DNA of 64,000 bases from Candidatus Gottesmanbacteria bacterium (GTDB lineage: Bacteria; Patescibacteriota; Microgenomatia; 2-02-FULL-39-11), in contig JACPKY010000002.1 of NCBI GenBank assembly GCA_016186795.1, positions 716,943 to 780,942 of the forward strand, read 5' to 3'. Below the pieces are notes generated by a model. It saw only the letters and a program-made list of their open reading frames with translations, had not been told where the DNA came from and ran no database searches. Positions 56,253 to 64,000 of the stretch are shown piece by piece (positions within the stretch are counted from its first letter, which is position 1; the number at the start of each line of letters is the position of its first letter). The translations under genes were made by a program, and so were the position numbers.

Positions 56253-56732
56253 ATGACAAAAATTCTTTCTATTGCGCAAGCAGCAACATCTGTACAGAGA
56301 ATAAAAAACCAAGGAAAAACTGTTATTCTTGTTGGTGGATGTTTTGATATTCTCCACGTTGGACACGTAAAATTCCTCAAAGCTGCAAAACAAAAAGGAG
56401 GACACCTTTTTGTCCTTCTTGAAAGTGACGAAACCGTCCAGAAAATTAAGGGGAAAAATCGACCATTTTTCACACAAAGAGAAAGAGCTGAAATGCTTTC
56501 TGAGCTTCAAAGTATCGACTTTGTAATACTCCTTCCACCGCTTGGAACAGATGAGGAATATCATACGCTTATTTCATCACTCAGACCAGATATTATAGCT
56601 GTTACTCCCAACGATCCCCACTTAGAAAAAAAGAGACTTCACGCCCATCGTGTCGGTGCAAAAATCGTTTTTATCCCTCATATAAATCCATTTTCTACCA
56701 CTCGTGTCATCAATCACCTGGGAATTGAATAA
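56253..56732 (+). CDS. Cytidylyltransferase-like nucleotidyltransferase (RfaE domain II/TagD-like; HxGH)
   Basis: TVILVGGCFDILHVGHVKFLKAAKQKGGHLFVLLESDETV. Confidence 0.7.
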   Translation: MTKILSIAQAATSVQRIKNQGKTVILVGGCFDILHVGHVKFLKAAKQKGGHLFVLLESDETVQKIKGKNRPFFTQRERAEMLSELQSIDFVILLPPLGTDEEYHTLISSLRPDIIAVTPNDPHLEKKRLHAHRVGAKIVFIPHINPFSTTRVINHLGIE

Positions 56733-56737
56733 TTCGT

Positions 56738-57823
56738 ATGAAAATTTTAGCAATCGAATCGAGTTGCGATGAAACTGCGGCTGCAGTTATTGAAGACGGA
56801 GTAAAGATTCTTTCAACGGTTGTATCCTCATCTGAAGATCTTCATAGAGAAATCGGAGGAATAATCCCAGAAACAGCTGCGCGGCAACAGTTACATTCTA
56901 TTTTGCCAGTTATTGAAAAAGTTATTGCACCATTTTCCATCTCTTCCCCTACCGCAAAGAAGAATCCCTCTAAACTAATAGAAGAGATTCAAAGAAATAT
57001 TGATGGAATTGCGGTAACAATTGGCCCTGGACTTATTGGCTCTCTTCTTGTAGGAGTTGAAACCGCAAAAACACTTGCGTACTCAACAGGAAAATCTCTC
57101 ATTCCGGTCAACCATATATCTGCCCATCTTTATGCAAATTGGCTAGATCGGAAAAAAATTCCTGAATTTCCTGCAATTGGACTTGTTGTTTCTGGCGGAC
57201 ATACTGAACTTTTCTTTCTAAAAAATCATAGAGAATGGAAATGGCTCGGTGGTACGCGTGATGATGCAGCGGGAGAAACGTTTGACAAAACTGCACGACT
57301 TTTAGAGCTTGGGTACCCGGGTGGACCAGCTATTGCCGCTGAAGCTGAAAAATTAACAACTCTTGATTCTCAACTTTCAATTAAACTGCCAAGACCAATG
57401 TTTGACTCAAAAGATTTTCAGTTCTCTTTCTCAGGTCTCAAGACTGCAGTTATCCGAAAAGTCCAAGAACTACAGAGTACCAATCAATGGGACGAACAAA
57501 TAGTTATACAACTGGCGCATGAAATTCAAGAATCTATTACCGATGTTCTTGTAAAAAAGACGCTTGATGCTGTGAAAAAATATGCTGTCAAATCAATACT
57601 CTTAGGCGGAGGGGTTGCAGCAAATAGAAGACTTTCAGAAAAGTTTAATCTTCAAATTTCATCCCGATTTAATCGGGAAAAATCGAAAATTAATCTTCAT
57701 GTCCCTCCTCCCTCACTTTGTACGGACAATGCAGCATACATTGGAAGTTTTGCCTATTTCTGTGGAAAACCTGCTTCTTTATCTGAGGTTAATGCAGAGC
57801 CAAATCTTGAACTTGAAGTATAA
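56738..57823 (+). CDS. tsaD: tRNA N6-adenosine threonylcarbamoyltransferase TsaD (Kae1/Gcp)
   Basis: MKILAIESSCDETAAAVIEDG, ...GVAANRRL..., and the His/His/Asp metal site. Confidence 0.9.
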   Translation: MKILAIESSCDETAAAVIEDGVKILSTVVSSSEDLHREIGGIIPETAARQQLHSILPVIEKVIAPFSISSPTAKKNPSKLIEEIQRNIDGIAVTIGPGLIGSLLVGVETAKTLAYSTGKSLIPVNHISAHLYANWLDRKKIPEFPAIGLVVSGGHTELFFLKNHREWKWLGGTRDDAAGETFDKTARLLELGYPGGPAIAAEAEKLTTLDSQLSIKLPRPMFDSKDFQFSFSGLKTAVIRKVQELQSTNQWDEQIVIQLAHEIQESITDVLVKKTLDAVKKYAVKSILLGGGVAANRRLSEKFNLQISSRFNREKSKINLHVPPPSLCTDNAAYIGSFAYFCGKPASLSEVNAEPNLELEV

Positions 57824-57831
57824 AAATGTGA

Positions 57832-60075
57832 GTGTATAATCCGAATATGATTGACAAAATCTATACGCATCAAGATATTGAACAAAAATGGTACAAAGAG
57901 TGGGAAGAAAACGGATATTTTAAGCCCTTCCTCAATTCTTCAAGAACTCCTTTCTGCATAATTTTACCTCCCCCGAATGCAAATGCAGATCTCCATATGG
58001 GACACGCAATGTATGTTGTCGAAGACATCTTAGTTCGATATCACCGGATGAAGGGGGACGCGACACTGTGGCTTCCAGGAGCTGATCATGCAGGCTTTGA
58101 AACCCAGTTTGTGTTTGAAAAACAGCTTGCAAAGAAAGGGGAAAGTCGGTTCGATTTCCCTCGTGAGACATTGTATACAATGATCTGGGATTTTGTTCAT
58201 ACAAATCGTGGCAAAATGGAAAACCAGTTACGTCGATTAGGGTTTTCACTGGATTGGTCTCGTCAAGTTTTCACACTTGATCCGAAAGTAGTTTCAATTG
58301 TCTATAAAACATTTAAAAAACTTTACGATGAGAAACTTGTCTATCGTAGCGAGAGACTCGTAAATTACTGCACACGATGTGGAACAGGTTTCTCTGATCT
58401 GGAAGTAAACTATGTCGAACGAAATGATCCACTTTACTTTATGAAGTATGGATCATTCGTTATTGCAACAGTAAGGCCAGAAACGAAGTTTCGTGATACT
58501 GCACTTGCAGTAAATCCAAAAGACAAACGGTATAAACAATATATAGGCAAGACATTTGATATACAGGGACTTTTAGGAGTGGTGAAAATGACGATCATTC
58601 CTGATAAAGAAGTCGATCCGAAATTTGGAACTGGTATTATGAAAGTGACTCCTGCACATGATCCTCATGATTTTGAACTTGGAAAAAAATTCACCTTGCC
58701 GGTTACCCCTATTATAGATTTTAAAGGAAGAATGGATTTTTCTTGGTTTATAGACAAAAAGGGGACAGATCAGAAATATGTGGAAAGAGCCAAAAAATAT
58801 CATGGCCAGAAGGTCCTTCAAGCGCGGAAAATGATGGTTGAAGACCTTAAGACAGATGGATTGCTTCTTAAAACTGACGAGAACTATACTCATCGCATCG
58901 GCATCTGCTATCGATGCGGCACAGTCATTGAGCCTCTCCCGATGAAACAGTGGTTTATAAAAATTCAACCGTTGACTCAGAAAGCAGTACGTTCCATAAA
59001 AGAAAAGAGGGTGACTTTCACTCCAAAACGATTTGAAAAAATAGCAATTAAGTGGCTGACAAATTTCCATGACTGGAACATAAGTAGACAAATTGTGTGG
59101 GGTATCCGTATACCAGCTTGGAAATGTGTTCGCTGCGCTCAAACTCAAAAATCAAAAATCAAAAATCAAAATGAAAAAGAATGGATCGTAACAAATGGAA
59201 AAAAACCAGAGAAGTGTCCTACATGTGGGAACACTCAATTAGAGCAGGATACGGATACGTTTGACACGTGGTTTTCCTCTGGTCAGTGGCCTGTTGCTAC
59301 TTTAAAGGTGAATAACGAGAAAGATTTTGAGACATTCTATCCTACCTCAGTTATGGAAACAGGGTATGATATCCTTCCTTGGTGGGTTTGTAGAATGATA
59401 ATGCTCGGTTTGTATATGACAGGGAAAGAACCGTTTAAAATAGTATACCTTCATGGACTGATAAGAGATGCTAAGGGGCAAAAGATGAGTAAATCCAAGG
59501 GAAATGTAGTAAACCCTTTACAAATGGTAGATACATACGGAGCAGATGCGCTCCGTATGGCACTCATTTATGGAACAGCAGCAGGGAATGATCTTTCTCT
59601 TTCTGAAGATAAGATTCGAGCTATGAGAAACTTTTCTAACAAACTCTGGAATATTATGAGATTCATATCTTCTTTTTCTGAAAATTCTCCATCGACCATT
59701 CTTGGTGAACGGAAGGAATTACCAAAATGGATAAATACTCTTGAAAAAGAAATACTTACTTTGATCAAGAGAACCACAACACTTATTGCATCGTATAAAT
59801 TTGGTCAAGCGGCTGAGCTTCTATACGAGTATATTTGGCATACGTTTGCTGATAAGCATATTGAGGAGTCAAAAAGGTGGAAAAGTCCAAAAACAATGGA
59901 ACAGGTTCAGAAAGCTCTTTCATCAACCTATCTTACGTGTATTACTCTTCTCCATCCTTTCATGCCTTTCATTACAGAAGAAATAACAAACCATCTAGGA
60001 AGGGAAAGATCTCAACCACTTATCGTGTCTCCGTGGCCGAAGGGGGATGACTTATCTACTTCTCAACAATTTTGA
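57832..60075 (+). CDS. valS: Valyl-tRNA synthetase (lacking C-terminal coiled-coil)
   Basis: A GTG start gives MYNP... (the conserved YNP), then PPPNANADLHMGHAMYV (the HIGH region), WLPGADHAGFETQ, and KMSKSKGNVV. Confidence 0.9.
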   Translation: MYNPNMIDKIYTHQDIEQKWYKEWEENGYFKPFLNSSRTPFCIILPPPNANADLHMGHAMYVVEDILVRYHRMKGDATLWLPGADHAGFETQFVFEKQLAKKGESRFDFPRETLYTMIWDFVHTNRGKMENQLRRLGFSLDWSRQVFTLDPKVVSIVYKTFKKLYDEKLVYRSERLVNYCTRCGTGFSDLEVNYVERNDPLYFMKYGSFVIATVRPETKFRDTALAVNPKDKRYKQYIGKTFDIQGLLGVVKMTIIPDKEVDPKFGTGIMKVTPAHDPHDFELGKKFTLPVTPIIDFKGRMDFSWFIDKKGTDQKYVERAKKYHGQKVLQARKMMVEDLKTDGLLLKTDENYTHRIGICYRCGTVIEPLPMKQWFIKIQPLTQKAVRSIKEKRVTFTPKRFEKIAIKWLTNFHDWNISRQIVWGIRIPAWKCVRCAQTQKSKIKNQNEKEWIVTNGKKPEKCPTCGNTQLEQDTDTFDTWFSSGQWPVATLKVNNEKDFETFYPTSVMETGYDILPWWVCRMIMLGLYMTGKEPFKIVYLHGLIRDAKGQKMSKSKGNVVNPLQMVDTYGADALRMALIYGTAAGNDLSLSEDKIRAMRNFSNKLWNIMRFISSFSENSPSTILGERKELPKWINTLEKEILTLIKRTTTLIASYKFGQAAELLYEYIWHTFADKHIEESKRWKSPKTMEQVQKALSSTYLTCITLLHPFMPFITEEITNHLGRERSQPLIVSPWPKGDDLSTSQQF

Positions 60076-60724
60076 CGTTTTCAATAAGAATTGGGCTTTG
60101 GGGTTTTGATAACTCCCTTTGGGCATTCTCTTCAACAGGTGTATCGGAAATTTCATCAATGACATCCATACCATTTGTTACTTTCCCAAAAATAACGTAC
60201 TGCTTCGGTAGGTTATAATCTTGATGCATGATAAAAAATTGGCTACCATTCGTATTTGGTCCATGATTTGCCATTGCGACTATTCCACGTGTATAGTCTC
60301 TATTTATCTTCTCGTCGGGAAAAGTGTATCCTGGTCCACCAGTACCGTTGCCCTCTGGATCACCACCTTGAATCATAAATCCTTTCATGATTCGATGAAA
60401 AATGGTGTTCGTATAAAATCCGTCTCTTGAAAGGAATACAAAGTTGTTTACTGTTTGTGGTACTTCATCTGTAAAAAGCTGAATTTCAAAAGAACCTTTT
60501 GATGTTGTTACTTCTGCGGTATATTTTTTCTTTGTGTCAATTGAAAGTGGCGGTGGTGAAGAGTATGTTTTTGCTTGATTTTGGGATTGAGAGGTAGACT
60601 TAGATGTCTCCTTTATATTCTTACTATCTCGGGAAAATAGAAATAGGCTCACGAGAATCAAAACAATGATTACAGCTATATAAAGGAAAAAGTCCTTCAG
60701 ATGTTTTGGCTCACCAGAAGACAT
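60056..60724 (-). CDS. Cyclophilin-type peptidyl-prolyl cis-trans isomerase with N-terminal membrane anchor
   Basis: FEIQLFTDEVPQTVNNFVFLSRDGFYTNTIFHRIMKGFMIQGGDP...GTGGPGY. Confidence 0.85.
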   Translation of the reverse strand: MSSGEPKHLKDFFLYIAVIIVLILVSLFLFSRDSKNIKETSKSTSQSQNQAKTYSSPPPLSIDTKKKYTAEVTTSKGSFEIQLFTDEVPQTVNNFVFLSRDGFYTNTIFHRIMKGFMIQGGDPEGNGTGGPGYTFPDEKINRDYTRGIVAMANHGPNTNGSQFFIMHQDYNLPKQYVIFGKVTNGMDVIDEISDTPVEENAQRELSKPQSPILIENVKIVEK

Positions 60725-60730
60725 AACGAC

Positions 60731-61408
60731 TTAGATGTATTTCTTGACGTTTGCGCCTTTACGAATTTCATCAAACCATTTATCAAATAATTCTGAAACT
60801 TTCTGCTGTTTCAAAATACTTTTTACCTCTTCACGAAGAGCAGCTGGATCGGTTGCATTCTTATACGCCTGTGCATTTTGAGCAATGTAGTCTTCAACCT
60901 CACTCGAAGAAATGGAGGCTTCGCTATCAAACATTCTATCAATCGAGAGTTGAATTTCTATCTGCCTTCGAAACTCCTCTTTTGTCATTCCCTGTGCGAG
61001 TAGCGCTTCATCAAGTGTTGCTCTTCCCTCGAGACGCTTTTCTATATCGGCAACTTTCGTATCAATATCTTGGGCTGTCACAATGATTCCTTTCTGACGT
61101 GCCGCTGCTAAAATAAGTCGTTCATTGATAAGATTTTCTAGCATTTGATCACCAAATTTCCTGACAAGTTGATCATTCAGTTGCCACCTGGATATTGGCT
61201 GACCATTCACCATCGCGGCAATAAACGATCCTTTGAACTTCCAGAGAAGAAGGGCAAGAAGAAGAATAGAGATGAGGATAATGTTTTTGAGTGTAAATAT
61301 TTGAGGGGAAGAGCGTTCTTTCAATGTAAGCGGTGTTTGCACTTCAGCGGGTGAAACTAAATGCGTTTTCCGACTTGTGTTTCTGTTTGTACTTCTTTTT
61401 TTCGGCAT
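60731..61408 (-). CDS. SurA/PrsA N-terminal-domain-like foldase (no PPIase domain)
   Basis: TM anchor, then MVNGQPISRWQLNDQL...ENLINERLILAAARQKGI, resembling the SurA_N chaperone domain. Confidence 0.4.
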   Translation of the reverse strand: MPKKRSTNRNTSRKTHLVSPAEVQTPLTLKERSSPQIFTLKNIILISILLLALLLWKFKGSFIAAMVNGQPISRWQLNDQLVRKFGDQMLENLINERLILAAARQKGIIVTAQDIDTKVADIEKRLEGRATLDEALLAQGMTKEEFRRQIEIQLSIDRMFDSEASISSSEVEDYIAQNAQAYKNATDPAALREEVKSILKQQKVSELFDKWFDEIRKGANVKKYI

Positions 61409-61455
61409 AAGATGACTTACTATACACTACCGAATTCTTATTGGCAAGCAGTATG

Positions 61456-61899
61456 TTATGTAGATTTCTGTATTCTCTCACTAACTAATTTCGCAACAAG
61501 CGATCCATTGGCATTCCCTCTTACTCTCGCCATTACCCGACCTATAATTTTCCCTACGTATTGCAAGTCTTTCCCCTGCATCACTTCTTCTTCAATAATT
61601 TTTCGTATTTCTCCCTCAGTCATTTGCGCGGGTAAATATTTTTGAATCATCTGAAGTTGTTTTTCCTCATCATCTACCAAATCCTGCCGATTTCCTTTTC
61701 TAAAAAGCTCTATCGCTTCTTTCCGTTTTTTTAGTTCCTTCTGAAGCACAATTTTACATTCCTCATCGGAAAGATTTCGGCCTTTTGCAATTTCTTCATA
61801 TTGTATTTGAGAGAGAAGAAATCGAAAGACTTTAACCTCTGTCCCCTTTCCTTCCTTCAATGAAGCTACCACGGCTTTTTGAATTTCGTCTTTTAGCAT
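61456..61899 (-). CDS. GatB/YqeY domain protein
   Basis: MLKDEIQKAVVASLKEGKGTEVKVFRFLLSQIQYEEIAKGR...LSDEECKIVLQKELKKRKEAIELF. Confidence 0.8.
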   Translation of the reverse strand: MLKDEIQKAVVASLKEGKGTEVKVFRFLLSQIQYEEIAKGRNLSDEECKIVLQKELKKRKEAIELFRKGNRQDLVDDEEKQLQMIQKYLPAQMTEGEIRKIIEEEVMQGKDLQYVGKIIGRVMARVRGNANGSLVAKLVSERIQKST

Positions 61900-62048
61900 A
61901 ATTTATCTACTCTACCAGTCTAAACGGTAGGTGTAAAGATTATTTGGGATAATAGATAAAGAAGAAGTATAGAAAGAGACAGAGCAAGAATAAGAATTAA
62001 TTTATACGAAGAATAAAAATTTGCCATACTCTTACTACCTCATCTATC

Positions 62049-63323
62049 TTACACTGTTTTGATAAATCTTACTATTTCCCGAAAAACAAATTGACCTTTA
62101 CTGCCATAGAGGAGAGAATTTCTTCCTGTTTGTTCTCCGCCGACCAACCGTAATTCGGAATCCTCAAGAAGAGAATCTACTACAAATCCACAGCGTCTTA
62201 TCTCTGAGAGTATTGGAAGAAAGTGCCTTTTTCCTTCAAGGAAAAAGGCAGGAAAAATGATGATAACTTTTCCATTTTTTTTCACTATTTTTGAAAATTC
62301 GACAAAAGCTGAGGTGTAGAGGAGAGAAATTTCATGCTGTATTTTTTGAATCATCGAGGTATCCGGCTTCCCCACCATCGGAGGACCTAAATATGGCTCT
62401 GTGACGATTGCGTCGACGGTTTGGTGAGACAACCGCGCACTCAGCCGTACCACATCAGTCAGAAAAATTTCCAATCGTATCTCTTTTTTTAGAAGTTGAG
62501 GATAACGCTCCTGTAACCAAGAAATGTTTCTTTTGGTATCTTCAATAGCCTTTTGGCTCTTGTCCGAACCGAGAATATTAGTATGTCCTAAAAGAAGGGC
62601 TTCTTGGAGAATTGTCCCACTTCCACAGAAAGGATCAAGTAGAATTTCTTCACTTCCCATATCTGCAAGATTTACTAACATCCGAGCAAGTTTTGTGGGA
62701 AGTATACCGGATTTCTTATCAAGGTAGGGTCTACCAATATCACGTTGACTATATTTCTCAAAATCTTGAACTGTATATGTTTTTCCTGCAAGAAGTGAAT
62801 CTTTTGCTAGAAAGAGAGCGATCTCGACACCTTGTCGCAATAACCCATTTTTAACAACTGACACAGAAGTAAGGTATCGTTCTTTAACTCGCAAAAATCC
62901 TACCCGAATACCTTTTTTTTTGAGATTGTCCTTGACCATAAAATTTATCGCTTGGAGGTTGTTCTGTAGTTTTTTCAAAAGCTGGTAATTACCACATACA
63001 TCATAAAGACTTATTCCCAAATGAGTCTTCTTGGGGATATTGGGCAGATACTTGGCAGTAATGTTTTCATAAGAGAATATACTTTCAAATCCACTGTTTC
63101 TTGCATCAAGATGGACCTCATCATATATCTCACCTGCTTTCACTATACCTCCTAATCGTTCGATAAGAGTAGGGATAGGAAGAAGTTTCTCTGTTCTACA
63201 AATAACAGCTTCAGACGATATATGCTCAAAGACATGAGCTTGAGAAATTGTTTTTATGACAACTTTTAGTTCAGCAAGTGAAACAGATGGATATCTTCCG
63301 AGGATAAAAAAATAGCGGTGCAT
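62049..63323 (-). CDS. Putative RNA methyltransferase (UPF0020/Trm11/RlmL-like class I SAM MTase with N-terminal THUMP-like region)
   Basis: Motif I LLDPFCGSGTILQEALLLG. Motif IV is degenerate (VTEPYLGPP instead of (D/N)PPY). The N-terminal domain is about 150 aa. Confidence 0.5.
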   Translation of the reverse strand: MHRYFFILGRYPSVSLAELKVVIKTISQAHVFEHISSEAVICRTEKLLPIPTLIERLGGIVKAGEIYDEVHLDARNSGFESIFSYENITAKYLPNIPKKTHLGISLYDVCGNYQLLKKLQNNLQAINFMVKDNLKKKGIRVGFLRVKERYLTSVSVVKNGLLRQGVEIALFLAKDSLLAGKTYTVQDFEKYSQRDIGRPYLDKKSGILPTKLARMLVNLADMGSEEILLDPFCGSGTILQEALLLGHTNILGSDKSQKAIEDTKRNISWLQERYPQLLKKEIRLEIFLTDVVRLSARLSHQTVDAIVTEPYLGPPMVGKPDTSMIQKIQHEISLLYTSAFVEFSKIVKKNGKVIIIFPAFFLEGKRHFLPILSEIRRCGFVVDSLLEDSELRLVGGEQTGRNSLLYGSKGQFVFREIVRFIKTV

Positions 63324-63332
63324 GGAGTTACA

Positions 63333-63950
63333 TCATTCAATTACTTCTTCATCAAATCCAAGATCTTCTTCATCGGATGTATTTGAATATGTAGAGGTAT
63401 CGGGTGCTAAAGTTGGTTCAATAAATTGAAATGATGTAGTTACCATCTCAAAAATTTTCCCCCAATATTCTCTATCTTGCAGATTGCTATCAATTTGATA
63501 AAGATATCCATCCCGATACATTGCGATGGTAATCTTTGACTGGTCCCCTGAGACAAATCCTTTCTTTGCATCCTCCCCACCAATCGTTGTATCAATAAGA
63601 TTTTGAACCTTCGCTTTCGTAAGATATCCCTCAAGATTCCCAGATGGAAGATCTTTCACCCATATAATGATTCCCCCAGGATGATCGGAATTTTTTAATT
63701 CAACCTGAGCATAATTTTCTTGGTCTTCATCATGTTTATCAATTTCTATATTTTTCGGATAGTCAAATTGAAATTCAGCCTGATCAACCCATGTCGTTAC
63801 CTCTAGATATGGAGATGGTGGAATTACCATCGTCTCGGATGACTCTGATTGATTTTTCTGTGAAGAAATCATGAAATAGTAGACAGAAATACCGCTCACT
63901 AAAAGTACTGTCGTAGCAAGAATGATAAAAACTATTTTGGGTATTTTCAT
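63333..63950 (-). CDS. Membrane-anchored or secreted hypothetical protein with acidic C-terminus
   Basis: N-terminal anchor IVFIILATTVLLVSGISVYYF. There are no recognisable motifs. Confidence 0.3.
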   Translation of the reverse strand: MKIPKIVFIILATTVLLVSGISVYYFMISSQKNQSESSETMVIPPSPYLEVTTWVDQAEFQFDYPKNIEIDKHDEDQENYAQVELKNSDHPGGIIIWVKDLPSGNLEGYLTKAKVQNLIDTTIGGEDAKKGFVSGDQSKITIAMYRDGYLYQIDSNLQDREYWGKIFEMVTTSFQFIEPTLAPDTSTYSNTSDEEDLGFDEEVIE

Positions 63951-64000
63951 GCGTGTAGTATAGCAATAAATATTGCCAATTACCACCTATTTTTGTACAA

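Noticed and set aside
57835-57849. TATAAT followed 6 nt later by an ATG at 57847, inside the valS 5' region. It looked like another leaderless start.
   Set aside because: Starting instead at the GTG at 57832 yields the N-terminal M-Y-N-P, and YNP is a conserved ValRS N-terminal motif. The GTG start is therefore preferred and the TATAAT is probably coding.
59150-59172. Tandem heptamer AAATCAAAAATCAAAAATCAAAATG.
   Set aside because: It lies inside valS and simply encodes a Lys/Asn/Gln-rich insertion (KSKIKNQNEKE). It is not an intergenic repeat or a CRISPR-like element.

Overview
This is an AT-rich, gene-dense window whose content suggests a small-genome bacterium, possibly of the Patescibacteria/CPR type. 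It has about 60 tightly packed or overlapping CDSs, no rRNA or tRNA genes, and no CRISPR array or obvious mobile element. Recognisable genes include two glycosyltransferases at the 5' edge, a truncated Lon-like AAA+ ATPase, a family-4 uracil-DNA glycosylase, RNase J, FtsK and a RodZ-like protein. A translationally coupled threonine operon runs on the minus strand (aspartokinase, homoserine dehydrogenase, Asd, an orphan P-loop kinase, ThrC), followed 74 bp downstream by a possible HEPN-like ORF. On the plus strand are AlaRS, a large membrane protein, a sortase, a thymidine/AMP-phosphorylase-family enzyme, MltG and a SET-domain protein. The hrcA-grpE-dnaK-dnaJ operon carries a near-canonical CIRCE operator. 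Further along are a secreted clan GH-A hydrolase, MurJ, bS20, a pilN/pilO-like pair with an Fn3/Ig surface protein, TpiA, a UvrD/PcrA helicase, two FemAB-like genes, Nif3, a UvrD-helicase/Cas4-like Fe-S nuclease fusion, RmuC, MetRS, TatD, and a surface-glycan cluster (processive GT2, GT-C, WecA-like). The 3' part holds groESL with a degenerate CIRCE, a nucleotidyltransferase-fold protein, a TM-anchored solute-binding protein, VanW, an RfaE-like cytidylyltransferase, TsaD, ValRS, a cyclophilin, GatB/YqeY and a putative RNA methyltransferase. The most striking feature is in the 295-bp spacer upstream of the thr operon (minus strand). It contains a TTGACA-17-TACAAT promoter, a 22-codon leaderless ORF with five consecutive Thr codons and two more Thr within its last nine codons (MVLRRLRNLIVTTTTTSTKEVS), and four complementary RNA segments that can form a hairpin, an antiterminator or a terminator followed by U7. 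This is a textbook leader-peptide attenuator. The only threonine-pathway step missing from the operon is homoserine kinase, and its position is occupied by the P-loop kinase, which makes it a candidate non-orthologous homoserine kinase. A recurring 'TGCTATAAT + 6-11 nt + ATG' arrangement suggests widespread leaderless mRNAs, while the chaperone genes keep strong Shine-Dalgarno sites.
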